IMG/VR virus record: IMGVR_UViG_3300045988_067813
Coordinates: 1-64,000 of that record
Origin: a virus
DNA length: 64,000 nt
Strand: one strand, 5' to 3'
The first letter of the stretch is position 1. Each line of letters begins with the position of its first letter. The position numbers were made by a program, and so were the translations under genes. Positions 25,719-34,748 of this stretch are shown here, one piece after another. The notes below the pieces were generated by a model. The model was not told where the DNA came from. It made no database searches and was given only the letters and a program-made list of their open reading frames with translations.

Positions 25719-25750
25719 AACAAAAGAGCCTAATTGGCTCTCTTTTATTT
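25719..25750. terminator. Bidirectional terminator at the convergence of the early (+) and late (-) blocks
   Basis: AAAACAAAAGAGCC-TAATT-GGCTCTCTTTTATTT. A GC stem is flanked by an A-run and a T-run. Confidence 0.75.
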
Positions 25751-26602
25751 ATTCTTTTTATCATCACAGTTACAGTCATCTTTAGGAATCTCTGTGAACT
25801 TCAAGCAGTCAGGTAGGTCTTTACCTTCAATGATAGGCACATACTCAACCTTGAATTGGTGAAGTCTGAATATACCACTAGCTGAGTTTTCTGGAACAAC
25901 TCTTACCTTAATGTATTGACCAGCAGGTACAATGATTGTGTCAGACATTTCCATAGCACCATCAGATATACCAGTCATTTGCCAATGCACAGAGCGTTGT
26001 TTAACCATGTCTGTAGTATAGCTTTCTCCACTGTGATAGACTACAATCTGCATTGTGTTATCCTCTTGTGGGTTTAATGTAGTACCATCAGCACACCAAC
26101 GTAGGAACACACGGTACTGTCTATCTGTGAGCTGTCTACGCTTATCATCATTCTCAAAGTCCACACCAGTAGTAGAATCCATGTAGAGGTCAATGTCATA
26201 CTCTTTAGTAATAGGAGCATAGAATGTAGCAGAAGATACAGCAGAGTTACGAGAGTAGTTCGTGTGTACCTTACCCATATCTCCAATAGATGCTACATAC
26301 TCACCCATACACTGTACCATATCCCACAAAGCACAGATATTCTCAATGTAGTGGTTAAGCTGACAAGCTAGTTTCTTAATGAATGATGAGAAGAACTTAG
26401 GGTTATAGCACTTCTGTGATTCTGCCATACAAGCAAAACGTCCTACACCTTTGTTATTCTCTTCCACAAGCCTATCACAGTCAGCAATAGGAATATCTTC
26501 ACAGTCACAGCTATCATACCAGCATCTATCTTTAGGATTCTCATTGTAACTCTTGAAAGATGCTTCATTCAGTCTTGTGTTTTTGTTATCTTCGTAAGCC
26601 AT
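25745..26602 (-). CDS. Cys-ladder N-domain tail fibre/baseplate accessory protein (285 aa)
   Basis: CWYDSCDCEDIPIADCD...C...C...LAC...IC...C. C-terminal CNCDD. Last gene of the late operon. Confidence 0.7.
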   Translation of the reverse strand: MAYEDNKNTRLNEASFKSYNENPKDRCWYDSCDCEDIPIADCDRLVEENNKGVGRFACMAESQKCYNPKFFSSFIKKLACQLNHYIENICALWDMVQCMGEYVASIGDMGKVHTNYSRNSAVSSATFYAPITKEYDIDLYMDSTTGVDFENDDKRRQLTDRQYRVFLRWCADGTTLNPQEDNTMQIVVYHSGESYTTDMVKQRSVHWQMTGISDGAMEMSDTIIVPAGQYIKVRVVPENSASGIFRLHQFKVEYVPIIEGKDLPDCLKFTEIPKDDCNCDDKKNK

Positions 26603-27960
26603 TATCTACCAATCTTTCCTTGTTGTTTCCATGTACCATCTTTCCTTATAGCGTTACCAGAAGCAGAGTAAGGTGGAAGGTATACCCCTGTGCTGGTTGT
26701 ACCATAAGGTTTACCAGCGTCCTCAGCATTGATACTTGTATCTTGCTTACCTCTTTTTCTGATAATCATGTCAATCTTCTTGGTTGTGAATGATAACCAT
26801 TGACCACTATTTCTAATAGCCCAAGGTCTAATCTTAGCTACTTTGTCATAGAGGATTGTAATATCTCTAGTCTCAGTAGGCTCAATAGGTGCTGTTGGTG
26901 TATAGTAAGTGAATGTCTCACCACGAGAAGCATTACCAAAGAAAGCTAACTCAAATGATGAGTTTGGACCTTCTCCAGTTGGGTCATAGATAGTTGTTCT
27001 TCCTAGCCTATTACCTCGTGCATTAAAATCAATCCTACTACCTACCCCAGCAAGTACAAATGAACCTCTAGGAATGTCATAATGTTTGTTATACTTAGCT
27101 CCTTTATCATCACCTATATAAGTACCATCATAACTAAGGTTAGAACCAGAAGGTCTAGAATACACAGTAGTTGAATCACTATAGTTAGCACTTACACGTT
27201 GATAATAGTCAGTATCTACTACGGCTGTGGAAGTGATTAGTTTAATAGGATTTCCTGATGAATCTTCAAAGTATATAGAGTAATTTATACTGTAGACATC
27301 ATAAAACCATATACCCAATCCATCAGTATCCTCATAAGGAGCTATCCAAATACCAGGAGTAACCCCATTAAAGGAGGTTTCATAATAATTATGTACTAAT
27401 ATTCTTAAGTAAACAGCTTTTCCAGAAATGGTATATGACACAGGATAAGGTAGTCTTATATTAAGACCTGGATACATACCCCTTGCCCCTTTTTTACCTG
27501 AATAATTGTATTCAGGGTTTCTACCATATCGGATAGGGCTTGCTAATACTTCTACACCAGGCTGTTCTGTGAATACTTTAAATGCGTTAAAATAGTCATA
27601 AGAACCTGGTCTACTTGTGTTAAATTGAGCTACACCAGATATATTACCATAATCAAAGAAACCAGATTGATTTCTATAACTATTGACTTTCTCTAAATTT
27701 CTCCTATTAGCAGATATAAGGCTCATGTACTCAGCCATATCTCTATTGTATTTCATAACAGCATAACTGCTATTATAACTACTCTCAGAAGGAGTTCTTT
27801 TTTGAGATTCATACAATTCCCTTGCATTATAACCTTGGAATGTTTTTTGTGTCTCAGCTATTAAAGTATCAAATGAATCATAGCCTACCCTCACAGGAGA
27901 AGCTAAGTCTTGTCCTGTTTGGGCATCTTTATAATAGATATTATAATTAAACTTAGCCAT
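26602..27960 (-). CDS. Putative receptor-binding (carbohydrate-binding-like) protein, paralogous to the C-terminal part of 31278-32555
   Basis: AVVDTDYYQRV...PRGSFVLAGVGSRIDF...FFGNASRGETF aligns with AVNDIDYRQGF...PLGSLVYAGVGTKIDW...FFGNDFEGETV. Confidence 0.6.
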   Translation of the reverse strand: MAKFNYNIYYKDAQTGQDLASPVRVGYDSFDTLIAETQKTFQGYNARELYESQKRTPSESSYNSSYAVMKYNRDMAEYMSLISANRRNLEKVNSYRNQSGFFDYGNISGVAQFNTSRPGSYDYFNAFKVFTEQPGVEVLASPIRYGRNPEYNYSGKKGARGMYPGLNIRLPYPVSYTISGKAVYLRILVHNYYETSFNGVTPGIWIAPYEDTDGLGIWFYDVYSINYSIYFEDSSGNPIKLITSTAVVDTDYYQRVSANYSDSTTVYSRPSGSNLSYDGTYIGDDKGAKYNKHYDIPRGSFVLAGVGSRIDFNARGNRLGRTTIYDPTGEGPNSSFELAFFGNASRGETFTYYTPTAPIEPTETRDITILYDKVAKIRPWAIRNSGQWLSFTTKKIDMIIRKRGKQDTSINAEDAGKPYGTTSTGVYLPPYSASGNAIRKDGTWKQQGKIGR

Positions 27961-29084
27961 TAAATTCCTCCTGTAAGGTCATTCTCTGTGCTACCATTGT
28001 TTGTTCTAATAAAGGCATTACCGTCAGGTTGTCCTCCAAAGAGGTTGATATTACCTGTAGCAAGGTGTCTATTAGGTTTAAGATTACCCTTGAAGATAGT
28101 ATCTCCAGTTTGTTCCCAAGCACCAGAGCCTTTAAGGTCTTCAAGTAACTTAGTGAAAGCATCTTTAAGCTCATTGTACTGATTCACCGTAACATAGTTA
28201 CTTAGGTCAGGCTGAGGAATCTCCACAGAATTACCATTAGAAATGGTTAGCCTATTGTTTGAGATAGAGAGTGTCTGATTATCATTGTCTCTCTTAGCTT
28301 CAAGCACACCAAGTCTACGTTTAATATCTGCATCATTGTAAGGAGTAGGGGTAGGAATATCTACCTCTCCACCTCCATTAGATAACACAATCTTGTTGCC
28401 CTGTTTACTTATAGTTTGCTTGTCATTTCTAAGTGCCCATGAACCCATGTTTTGAACAGTAATATTATTACCATTCACAGAGGTTACTTTGTAGAACTCT
28501 GTGTTAGAAGCATCATTCCCTGACCAGTAGTCTTGAATAGTATCACCAACTTTAACTCCATCAGGGTTTATTAAATATGATTTTTGTATTGTAGTAGTAG
28601 CTCCTACTGCTCCAGATGATATATCTCCTTTAGCCCATCTAGTAACAGTATCTTTGTCTGTTCTATCCTCTAAAGCCTTGACTCTATTTCTTAATGCTGT
28701 GTCATCATAAGCAATACCAATAGTATCCTTATCATCAAACTCCACAGTCTTAGGCTGACCAGTCACAAAGTTATAAGTAAGTTTTACCTTATTACCAGTA
28801 CGACTAGCAGTTACTCCTGTAACAAAGTTATCTGTCTTACCCTCTAATGCTGTGAGCCTACGTTTAACATCAGTATCATTGTAGATAGTATCTCTGTCCT
28901 CTGGGAGTGTAATAGAGTTTCCCCCACTAATAGAAACAGTTCTATTGTTGATTGTGAGGGTTTGGTTATCTCTATCTTGTTTATTCTCTAAAGCAGTTAT
29001 TCTAGCTTTTAATGGAGCATCATCATAGGCTGTAACAGTAGGTGTTGGTTGTTGCTCATTCTTAATATAAGTAGTCTTTGACAT
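27960..29084 (-). CDS. Modular tail fibre protein (374 aa)
   Basis: Contains the [28 protein letters not shown] and DKDTV..ALE modules. Its C-terminal ATGNINLFGGQPDG.AFIRTNNGSTENDLTGGI is shared with 30718-31278. Confidence 0.75.
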   Translation of the reverse strand: MSKTTYIKNEQQPTPTVTAYDDAPLKARITALENKQDRDNQTLTINNRTVSISGGNSITLPEDRDTIYNDTDVKRRLTALEGKTDNFVTGVTASRTGNKVKLTYNFVTGQPKTVEFDDKDTIGIAYDDTALRNRVKALEDRTDKDTVTRWAKGDISSGAVGATTTIQKSYLINPDGVKVGDTIQDYWSGNDASNTEFYKVTSVNGNNITVQNMGSWALRNDKQTISKQGNKIVLSNGGGEVDIPTPTPYNDADIKRRLGVLEAKRDNDNQTLSISNNRLTISNGNSVEIPQPDLSNYVTVNQYNELKDAFTKLLEDLKGSGAWEQTGDTIFKGNLKPNRHLATGNINLFGGQPDGNAFIRTNNGSTENDLTGGI

Positions 29085-30715
29085 TAGTTTAACCTCGGTA
29101 TGTTGTAGTATTTATTGTCACTTTGGTTTTTCAGAACAACAGTTCCTTGCACAGATTGGATATAGAATCTCACATTTTTAAGTGTAAGATTTAACTTACC
29201 TATTACAACATCATTCTTTTTAACCTCAATTTCAATAGGCTCTGATGAATCAAGTTCTTCTTTAGTAATATAATGTGTGTAATACTCTGTATGAGAACTT
29301 AGCACAACACTCCATATAATTTTAGGTTTCAGAGAAACCATTGCTTTATTATTTGAGTCTTTCCAACTAGCATATATATTACTATCAAACCTAATACCGT
29401 TACTTAAAGTAGTATACCCATCAAAATCTACTATAGTGTTATTTGTTGATAGTCCTGTGATTCTGAAATTACTACCAGATATGTTAGATGCACCTACACC
29501 AGTATAGTTAAAATTACCTTCATAATCAAATAAGATACCTGCTTCCATAAGAAGGTTTCTCTGTTCAGTTCCATCATTATTCACAGCATAAGAAATACTA
29601 TCTTTAATAGCACTATCATATCTTTTATCTGATGTTATTGGTATATGCCTTGTACTACTTGGGTAAGGGAATGATAAATCCTTATTCAAAGCCATTTCAA
29701 TGTGGAATGTATTATCACTATCAAGGAATAACCCATTACCTTTAGCCTTATACTTAGTGTCTTTATCCTCTTTAGCTTCTAAAGCATTAAGTCTATTGAC
29801 CACAGAGGAGTCATCATAAGGTTGTACATTATTAGGCTGTGGTAATTCTACTTCACCCCCACCATTAGAGAGAATGAGCTTATTACCCTCTTTTGTGATG
29901 GTCTGTTTGTCATTAGGTAGAGTTACACTATTACCATTAGAGATACTTAACACACGAGAGCTATTATCTAGTGTGAGATTCTGATTATCTCTATCTTGCT
30001 TGGCTTCTAATGTCTCAATTCTATCAAATAATGCTTTATTAGGATAAGGTCTGGATTCTAAGTTATCTAACCTTTCCTTTACAGCCCTATCATCATATAC
30101 TGTGTCCTTATCTGGTTTGTCCTCTAAGGCTTTAACCCTAGCTTTTAAGGCTGTATCATCATAGGCTAAACTAATTGTATCCTTATCCTCAAATTCAACC
30201 TCTTTAGGAGCGCCATTCACAAAGGTATAGGTAAGCTTAACCTTATTTCCTTCTCTTGAAACAGTCACACCACTCACAAAGTTATCAGCTTTATCTTCCA
30301 CAGCTTGAATACGTCTACGGAGTTCAGCATCATTATACACGGTGTCTCTATCTTCTGGTAGGTTGATTGCATTACCATTACTGATAGTGATTGTTCTACC
30401 ATTGATAGCAAGGCTCTGTGTATCATTAGGAAGGGTTACTGTATTCCCTCTTGTAATTGTAAGTTCTCTTGTGCTTCTATCTAATTCAAGATTCTGTGGC
30501 TTCTGTACAGCTCCTCCAGCTCCTCCCATGAGAATCCAACTAGACCTATCAGGAGCTAGAGCATACATATTCCCATCAGGAGTTCTGAACAAATGGTCAA
30601 AGTCACCCATGAAAGTGTCAGGAAGACTATCCACAGGAGCAATCCAAGTGTCTTTAGGGTAAGTGCAATCTCTACAAAATGTATTGGGATTTCCTCCACA
30701 AGAATAACAACCCAT
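29084..30715 (-). CDS. Modular tail fibre protein with unique C-terminal head domain (543 aa)
   Basis: N-terminal CYSCGGNPNTFCRDC. Modules TITISNGNAINLP and [17 protein letters not shown]. Unique C-terminal region of about 210 aa. Confidence 0.75.
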   Translation of the reverse strand: MGCYSCGGNPNTFCRDCTYPKDTWIAPVDSLPDTFMGDFDHLFRTPDGNMYALAPDRSSWILMGGAGGAVQKPQNLELDRSTRELTITRGNTVTLPNDTQSLAINGRTITISNGNAINLPEDRDTVYNDAELRRRIQAVEDKADNFVSGVTVSREGNKVKLTYTFVNGAPKEVEFEDKDTISLAYDDTALKARVKALEDKPDKDTVYDDRAVKERLDNLESRPYPNKALFDRIETLEAKQDRDNQNLTLDNSSRVLSISNGNSVTLPNDKQTITKEGNKLILSNGGGEVELPQPNNVQPYDDSSVVNRLNALEAKEDKDTKYKAKGNGLFLDSDNTFHIEMALNKDLSFPYPSSTRHIPITSDKRYDSAIKDSISYAVNNDGTEQRNLLMEAGILFDYEGNFNYTGVGASNISGSNFRITGLSTNNTIVDFDGYTTLSNGIRFDSNIYASWKDSNNKAMVSLKPKIIWSVVLSSHTEYYTHYITKEELDSSEPIEIEVKKNDVVIGKLNLTLKNVRFYIQSVQGTVVLKNQSDNKYYNIPRLN

Positions 30716-30717
30716 TA

Positions 30718-31278
30718 TTAGATACCTCCTGTTAAGTCGTTTTCTGTACTTCCGTTATTAGTACGGATAAAGTATTGTCCGTCTGGTTGACCACCGAACA
30801 AGTTGATATTACCAGTAGCAATATTTCTGTTAGGTACAAAGTCACCATCTAGTCCACCTTGCCAAGCTCCACTAGCTTGTAAGTTGTTTATAATCTTATT
30901 TAAAGCTCTCTTAAGCTTCTCATTCTCTGCTCTTAAATCAGCATCATTGTAGGGTTGTGAAGGACTAGGAATGTTCCCTGTAAAACTAATAGTACCATCT
31001 TTAGAAATACTAATTAAGTTACCTGCTTTATAGGTAGGAGCAGTAGAACCTCCACCAGCATTATTAGCTAACCAACATAGCTGATTAGATACATTCTTAT
31101 TGAAACACCACTGTGAGTAGGCAAACTTGGCTGTTTGGTCTACAATCTCACACATTTGGCTATCCCTAAGAACTAGAGCGTGCATTTTTATTTTATCATC
31201 ATTCTGTGCTAAGAGTGATTGGCAAGCTGTCTTACCAACTACTATATCCTCACACTGACAGTTTACACAATCTGACAT
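30718..31278 (-). CDS. Cys-ladder N-domain short fibre protein (186 aa)
   Basis: SDCVNCQCED... plus the shared C-terminal ATGNINLFGGQPDGQYFIRTNNGSTENDLTGGI. Confidence 0.7.
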   Translation of the reverse strand: MSDCVNCQCEDIVVGKTACQSLLAQNDDKIKMHALVLRDSQMCEIVDQTAKFAYSQWCFNKNVSNQLCWLANNAGGGSTAPTYKAGNLISISKDGTISFTGNIPSPSQPYNDADLRAENEKLKRALNKIINNLQASGAWQGGLDGDFVPNRNIATGNINLFGGQPDGQYFIRTNNGSTENDLTGGI

Positions 31279-32555
31279 TAGTTATCTCCTAAACAATCAA
31301 AATCGCATGACATTAAGTCACATTCTTCTATAGGGGGTATAGGTTTTGGAGGTTCATGAAGGTCTACAGTTTCTCCTTCAAAGTCATTACCAAAGAAGTC
31401 CATCCACCAGTTATTATCTCCTCCACCATCAGTATCAATGTAGTTTACTCCAGGGTGGTTAGCTATAATCTCCCAATCAATCTTTGTGCCTACTCCTGCA
31501 TACACAAGAGAGCCTAGAGGAATACTGCTTTCATTTTTAGCATCAAAGCTATCCTCAGCACTGATGTACCCACCATTCATTACAAGTCTTGAACCTGGAG
31601 GGTTTTTAACAAGGGTTTTACTATTATTAAAACTAGCCCAAAATCCTTGTCTATAGTCAATATCATTCACAGCATTTACTACCATAAGATTGATAGGCTG
31701 GTCAGATTCATCTAAGAACTCAAAAGTACCAGTTACCTTATAGTAGTTACCCACATGGATTCTAATAGCACCATCACCATTTCTAACAATTATCCAGTTA
31801 CTACTCTCTGTTTGTGCGTGTGAACTTAGTTCATAACTATTGATAGTTACCCTTAAGTTGATGGTTTTACCACTACTAGTCCTTCCTACTCTTGTTAGAG
31901 TTGTGGATATTCCTGGATATAAGTCTGTAGAGTAGTAGTCCACTTGAGTATTATTATCAAAAGTGATACCCCCAGAAGCATAGTCAACACCATCTTTAGA
32001 GGTTGCTAGTGATAGTTTGGAGAAGTAAGAAAAACTACCAGTCCTAGAAGAATCAAAGTCGCCTGATACAAAGATGCCATCAACCTCTTCTACAGTAGGG
32101 TCTTTTTTCATTTCCTCTAACCGTTTCTTGGCTTTAGCCAATCTTACAAGTTGCTCTTCGTAGATGGCTTTAGCTTCGTTGTAGATACCTTTTTTATCAT
32201 TAGGAGTATTAGGCTCTTTCTGCTTGTACTTCTTAATCATGTCCTTGTTACGCTTTACTGTGATTGAGTTAGCTTCAATGATATTAGCTTTCATACAATG
32301 TAAGGTTACACACAAAGACTTAATCTTCTTCTGTAAGCACACCATACGTTGTAGTACATCACAGATAGTCTTGATAATCTTTCTTAATCTACACCAAAGC
32401 CTAAATACACCCTTCTGTGTATTAGGAACAACATCACACTGCTCAGAGTCTTTGATTATATCACCAGCACGCTTAATATCCTCTTGTGATTCATTCTTGT
32501 CACAGTATTTACCAGTGATTACTTTATCATCACAACGACAATCACAAACGTCCAT
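31278..32555 (-). CDS. Cys-ladder N-domain + coiled coil + receptor-binding-like C-domain (425 aa)
   Basis: ATG 32555 (MDVCDCRCDD) follows SD TAGGAGG. The C-domain is paralogous to 26602-27960. C-terminus CDLMSCDFDC. Confidence 0.7.
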   Translation of the reverse strand: MDVCDCRCDDKVITGKYCDKNESQEDIKRAGDIIKDSEQCDVVPNTQKGVFRLWCRLRKIIKTICDVLQRMVCLQKKIKSLCVTLHCMKANIIEANSITVKRNKDMIKKYKQKEPNTPNDKKGIYNEAKAIYEEQLVRLAKAKKRLEEMKKDPTVEEVDGIFVSGDFDSSRTGSFSYFSKLSLATSKDGVDYASGGITFDNNTQVDYYSTDLYPGISTTLTRVGRTSSGKTINLRVTINSYELSSHAQTESSNWIIVRNGDGAIRIHVGNYYKVTGTFEFLDESDQPINLMVVNAVNDIDYRQGFWASFNNSKTLVKNPPGSRLVMNGGYISAEDSFDAKNESSIPLGSLVYAGVGTKIDWEIIANHPGVNYIDTDGGGDNNWWMDFFGNDFEGETVDLHEPPKPIPPIEECDLMSCDFDCLGDN

Positions 32556-32563
32556 AAGACCTC

Positions 32564-32926
32564 CTAGCACTTATCACAGCTAACCTCACAAGGTGTAACT
32601 GGTTGTTCTTTTAATACACTCAGAACCTCTGCAATACTGTCATTTTGACATTTAACAGTACCACACAAGCTATCTACTTTCTTCTCTAAGCACTCTAGCT
32701 TTCTAATGATATAACACAAGAAACCTACAATGTTTTTGATTACACACCACACACCATAGAAGGCTTGTCTAATAGCTTCTTGAAGATTACACCACTCAGA
32801 GGTTGAGATTTTCCTCATTGCTGGTCTAATCTTTAGGTCATTTAGCTCTAGTAACTTAGCACAGTTCTCTGGTCTTGGCTCAACTTTCTCACACTCACAG
32901 TGCTTATTTAAACAGTTATCTGCCAT
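32564..32926 (-). CDS. Stand-alone Cys-ladder domain protein (120 aa)
   Basis: NCLNKHCECEK...WC...WC...LC...EC...LC...KC. Aligns with the N-termini of three other fibre-region ORFs. Confidence 0.65.
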   Translation of the reverse strand: MADNCLNKHCECEKVEPRPENCAKLLELNDLKIRPAMRKISTSEWCNLQEAIRQAFYGVWCVIKNIVGFLCYIIRKLECLEKKVDSLCGTVKCQNDSIAEVLSVLKEQPVTPCEVSCDKC

Positions 32927-33129
32927 TATTCATTCTCTTTCTTGTATGTGATATTAGACAGCCCTAAGACTGTTCCCAAGAATGTATTAAAGGCTGTGAG
33001 GACTACCACAGGGGTAGTCATCTCATAACCTAATTGCACTCCTACCACACCAATAAAAGTAATGAAGGCAGGTAGTGCTGTAGTTGCTATAAATTTAGCA
33101 ATATCATAAAAATCATTACTCATTTTCAT
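32926..33129 (-). CDS. Dp-1-type (class II, two-TM) holin
   Basis: MKMSNDFYDIAKFIATTALPAFITFIGVVGV...VVVLTAFNTFLGTVLGLSNITYKKENE. Two TM helices and a charged C-terminus. Matches my recollection of the Phage_holin_Dp1 family. Confidence 0.55.
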   Translation of the reverse strand: MKMSNDFYDIAKFIATTALPAFITFIGVVGVQLGYEMTTPVVVLTAFNTFLGTVLGLSNITYKKENE

Positions 33130-33139
33130 TTAGGTTCTC

Positions 33140-33673
33140 CTAAGCAAACAATCCAACAAAGTTAAGAATCACACGTTTTCCTACCAATGATTGAGGTACT
33201 GTAGTTACTCTAACAGTTCTACCTTGATACCACATAGAGATAGGCTCATTATTGATATAGGCTTGTACCTCAATAAACTCAATAGGTTGTGGAGTACCTG
33301 CTGGAAACTCAGCTATAACCTCACTATGGTTGATTGTAGAGTAGAAGGTTGCATCTAACTTCATTACACCAAAAGAAGTAACTGGGTTATAGGATAACAC
33401 AGGAGGTCTATCTCCATTGTTGTATCTTAGTTTAGTAGGCTGTTTAAACGTACCACTATACTTTGTTAGAGACTGTGCTCTCTTATTATTATCAGCAATA
33501 GCCTTATCTACTTCACCTTTTGTGTAGTGCTTTTCAAAGGCTACATCAGCATTGATTGTGAATACCTCTTCCCCATTCTCCTGTGACTTAACCACAGTAA
33601 GTCCATCAGTAGTAGACTTTAGGTTGTAGAGTGTATCTTTATCTTCTAGTTTGTTATAATTCTTAGTTGTCAT
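33140..33673 (-). CDS. Fibre-region structural protein (177 aa), MTTKNYN family
   Basis: Shares the N-terminus MTTKNYN with the adjacent ORF 33683-34138. Confidence 0.65.
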   Translation of the reverse strand: MTTKNYNKLEDKDTLYNLKSTTDGLTVVKSQENGEEVFTINADVAFEKHYTKGEVDKAIADNNKRAQSLTKYSGTFKQPTKLRYNNGDRPPVLSYNPVTSFGVMKLDATFYSTINHSEVIAEFPAGTPQPIEFIEVQAYINNEPISMWYQGRTVRVTTVPQSLVGKRVILNFVGLFA

Positions 33674-33682
33674 TTAGTACCC

Positions 33683-34138
33683 CTAATTATTTAAAGTAAT
33701 ATAAGGTCTGTCTGTGTAATAGCTGACCTCACAAGTGTTTATCTTATCCCATATATCTGCCCATTGGTCTTTATACTTATCAAAAACATGATATGTCATA
33801 TCTCCATTAGGTTCAATTTCCTCATAACCAACAGGCTCACCAGTTTCTTTAAGAGTAAGTGGAACTGTTACTGTAATAATAGGTCTAAATCCATCAGGCA
33901 TCTCATACATGTTACGGACTGCAAAACTATCAAAAGTTAAATGGGTAAAGTTCCATATTTGGTTTATATACATAGACTGACCACTGTGTGTACTTAATTT
34001 TACATGTATTTGACCAATTTTACTATTAGGAAGATTTACACTATTACCGTTAGAGATGCTAAGTTTATAACCTTCAAGGGAAAGTGTTTGACTATCAGTA
34101 CCACTAAGTTCATTGATGTTGTAATTTTTAGTAGTCAT
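33683..34138 (-). CDS. Fibre-region structural protein (151 aa), MTTKNYN family with SISNGN module
   Basis: MTTKNYN... [25 protein letters not shown]. Confidence 0.65.
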   Translation of the reverse strand: MTTKNYNINELSGTDSQTLSLEGYKLSISNGNSVNLPNSKIGQIHVKLSTHSGQSMYINQIWNFTHLTFDSFAVRNMYEMPDGFRPIITVTVPLTLKETGEPVGYEEIEPNGDMTYHVFDKYKDQWADIWDKINTCEVSYYTDRPYITLNN

Positions 34139-34139
34139 A

Positions 34140-34706
34140 TTATAAACTTACCTCTTTTGTTTCATACTCAAGAAAAATCTTTGATAAAGTTATTGTTGGA
34201 TTTATAATGTTTATTGTATATTCTCTATCTGCATTTATAACAAGAGGTTCACCTTTAAAGTTATTTGTGTTAAGTTGTTTAGAATATACTTTCCTAGAAC
34301 CATCTTCATTTTCAACAAATACATTATAAAAGCATTGTAGTTGGAACTGACCATCATATCTGTATGAGATTCTACCATCTAGGTAATACTTACTCTTATC
34401 TGTTTTATTATTTGAATTTACTAAATCCAAGTGAAAATAATCATCATACCATGTGGTTTTAGATGTACTTAATAAGAGTATTTTAGATGTATAATCAAGA
34501 GTGTTAGACATACCAAAGTTATCTTTAACTGCCCATGTTAATCTCATAGCCATAAATAAGTCATCTTGTGTAAGATTATCATTGTTATAGCCAAAATTAG
34601 CTCCTGCAATATTATCAAATGTATTTAGCCCTCTATTAAATATCTCTTTGTTAACCTTTTTAGACTTGATAGTAAAGGCTTTTGATTTATAACTTTTAAG
34701 TGCCAT
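34140..34706 (-). CDS. Hypothetical structural protein (188 aa)
   Basis: ORF in the late operon, 1 nt upstream of the next start. Confidence 0.6.
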   Translation of the reverse strand: MALKSYKSKAFTIKSKKVNKEIFNRGLNTFDNIAGANFGYNNDNLTQDDLFMAMRLTWAVKDNFGMSNTLDYTSKILLLSTSKTTWYDDYFHLDLVNSNNKTDKSKYYLDGRISYRYDGQFQLQCFYNVFVENEDGSRKVYSKQLNTNNFKGEPLVINADREYTINIINPTITLSKIFLEYETKEVSL

Positions 34707-34726
34707 TATTCTTTAAATAGTTTAAA

Positions 34727-34742
34727 GGGGGATAAAACCCCC
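34727..34742 (-). terminator. GC hairpin (possible attenuator) after the 1290-aa fibre gene
   Basis: GGGGG-TTTTAT-CCCCC on the minus strand, followed by TTTAAA. Confidence 0.35.
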
Positions 34743-34748
34743 ACTAAA

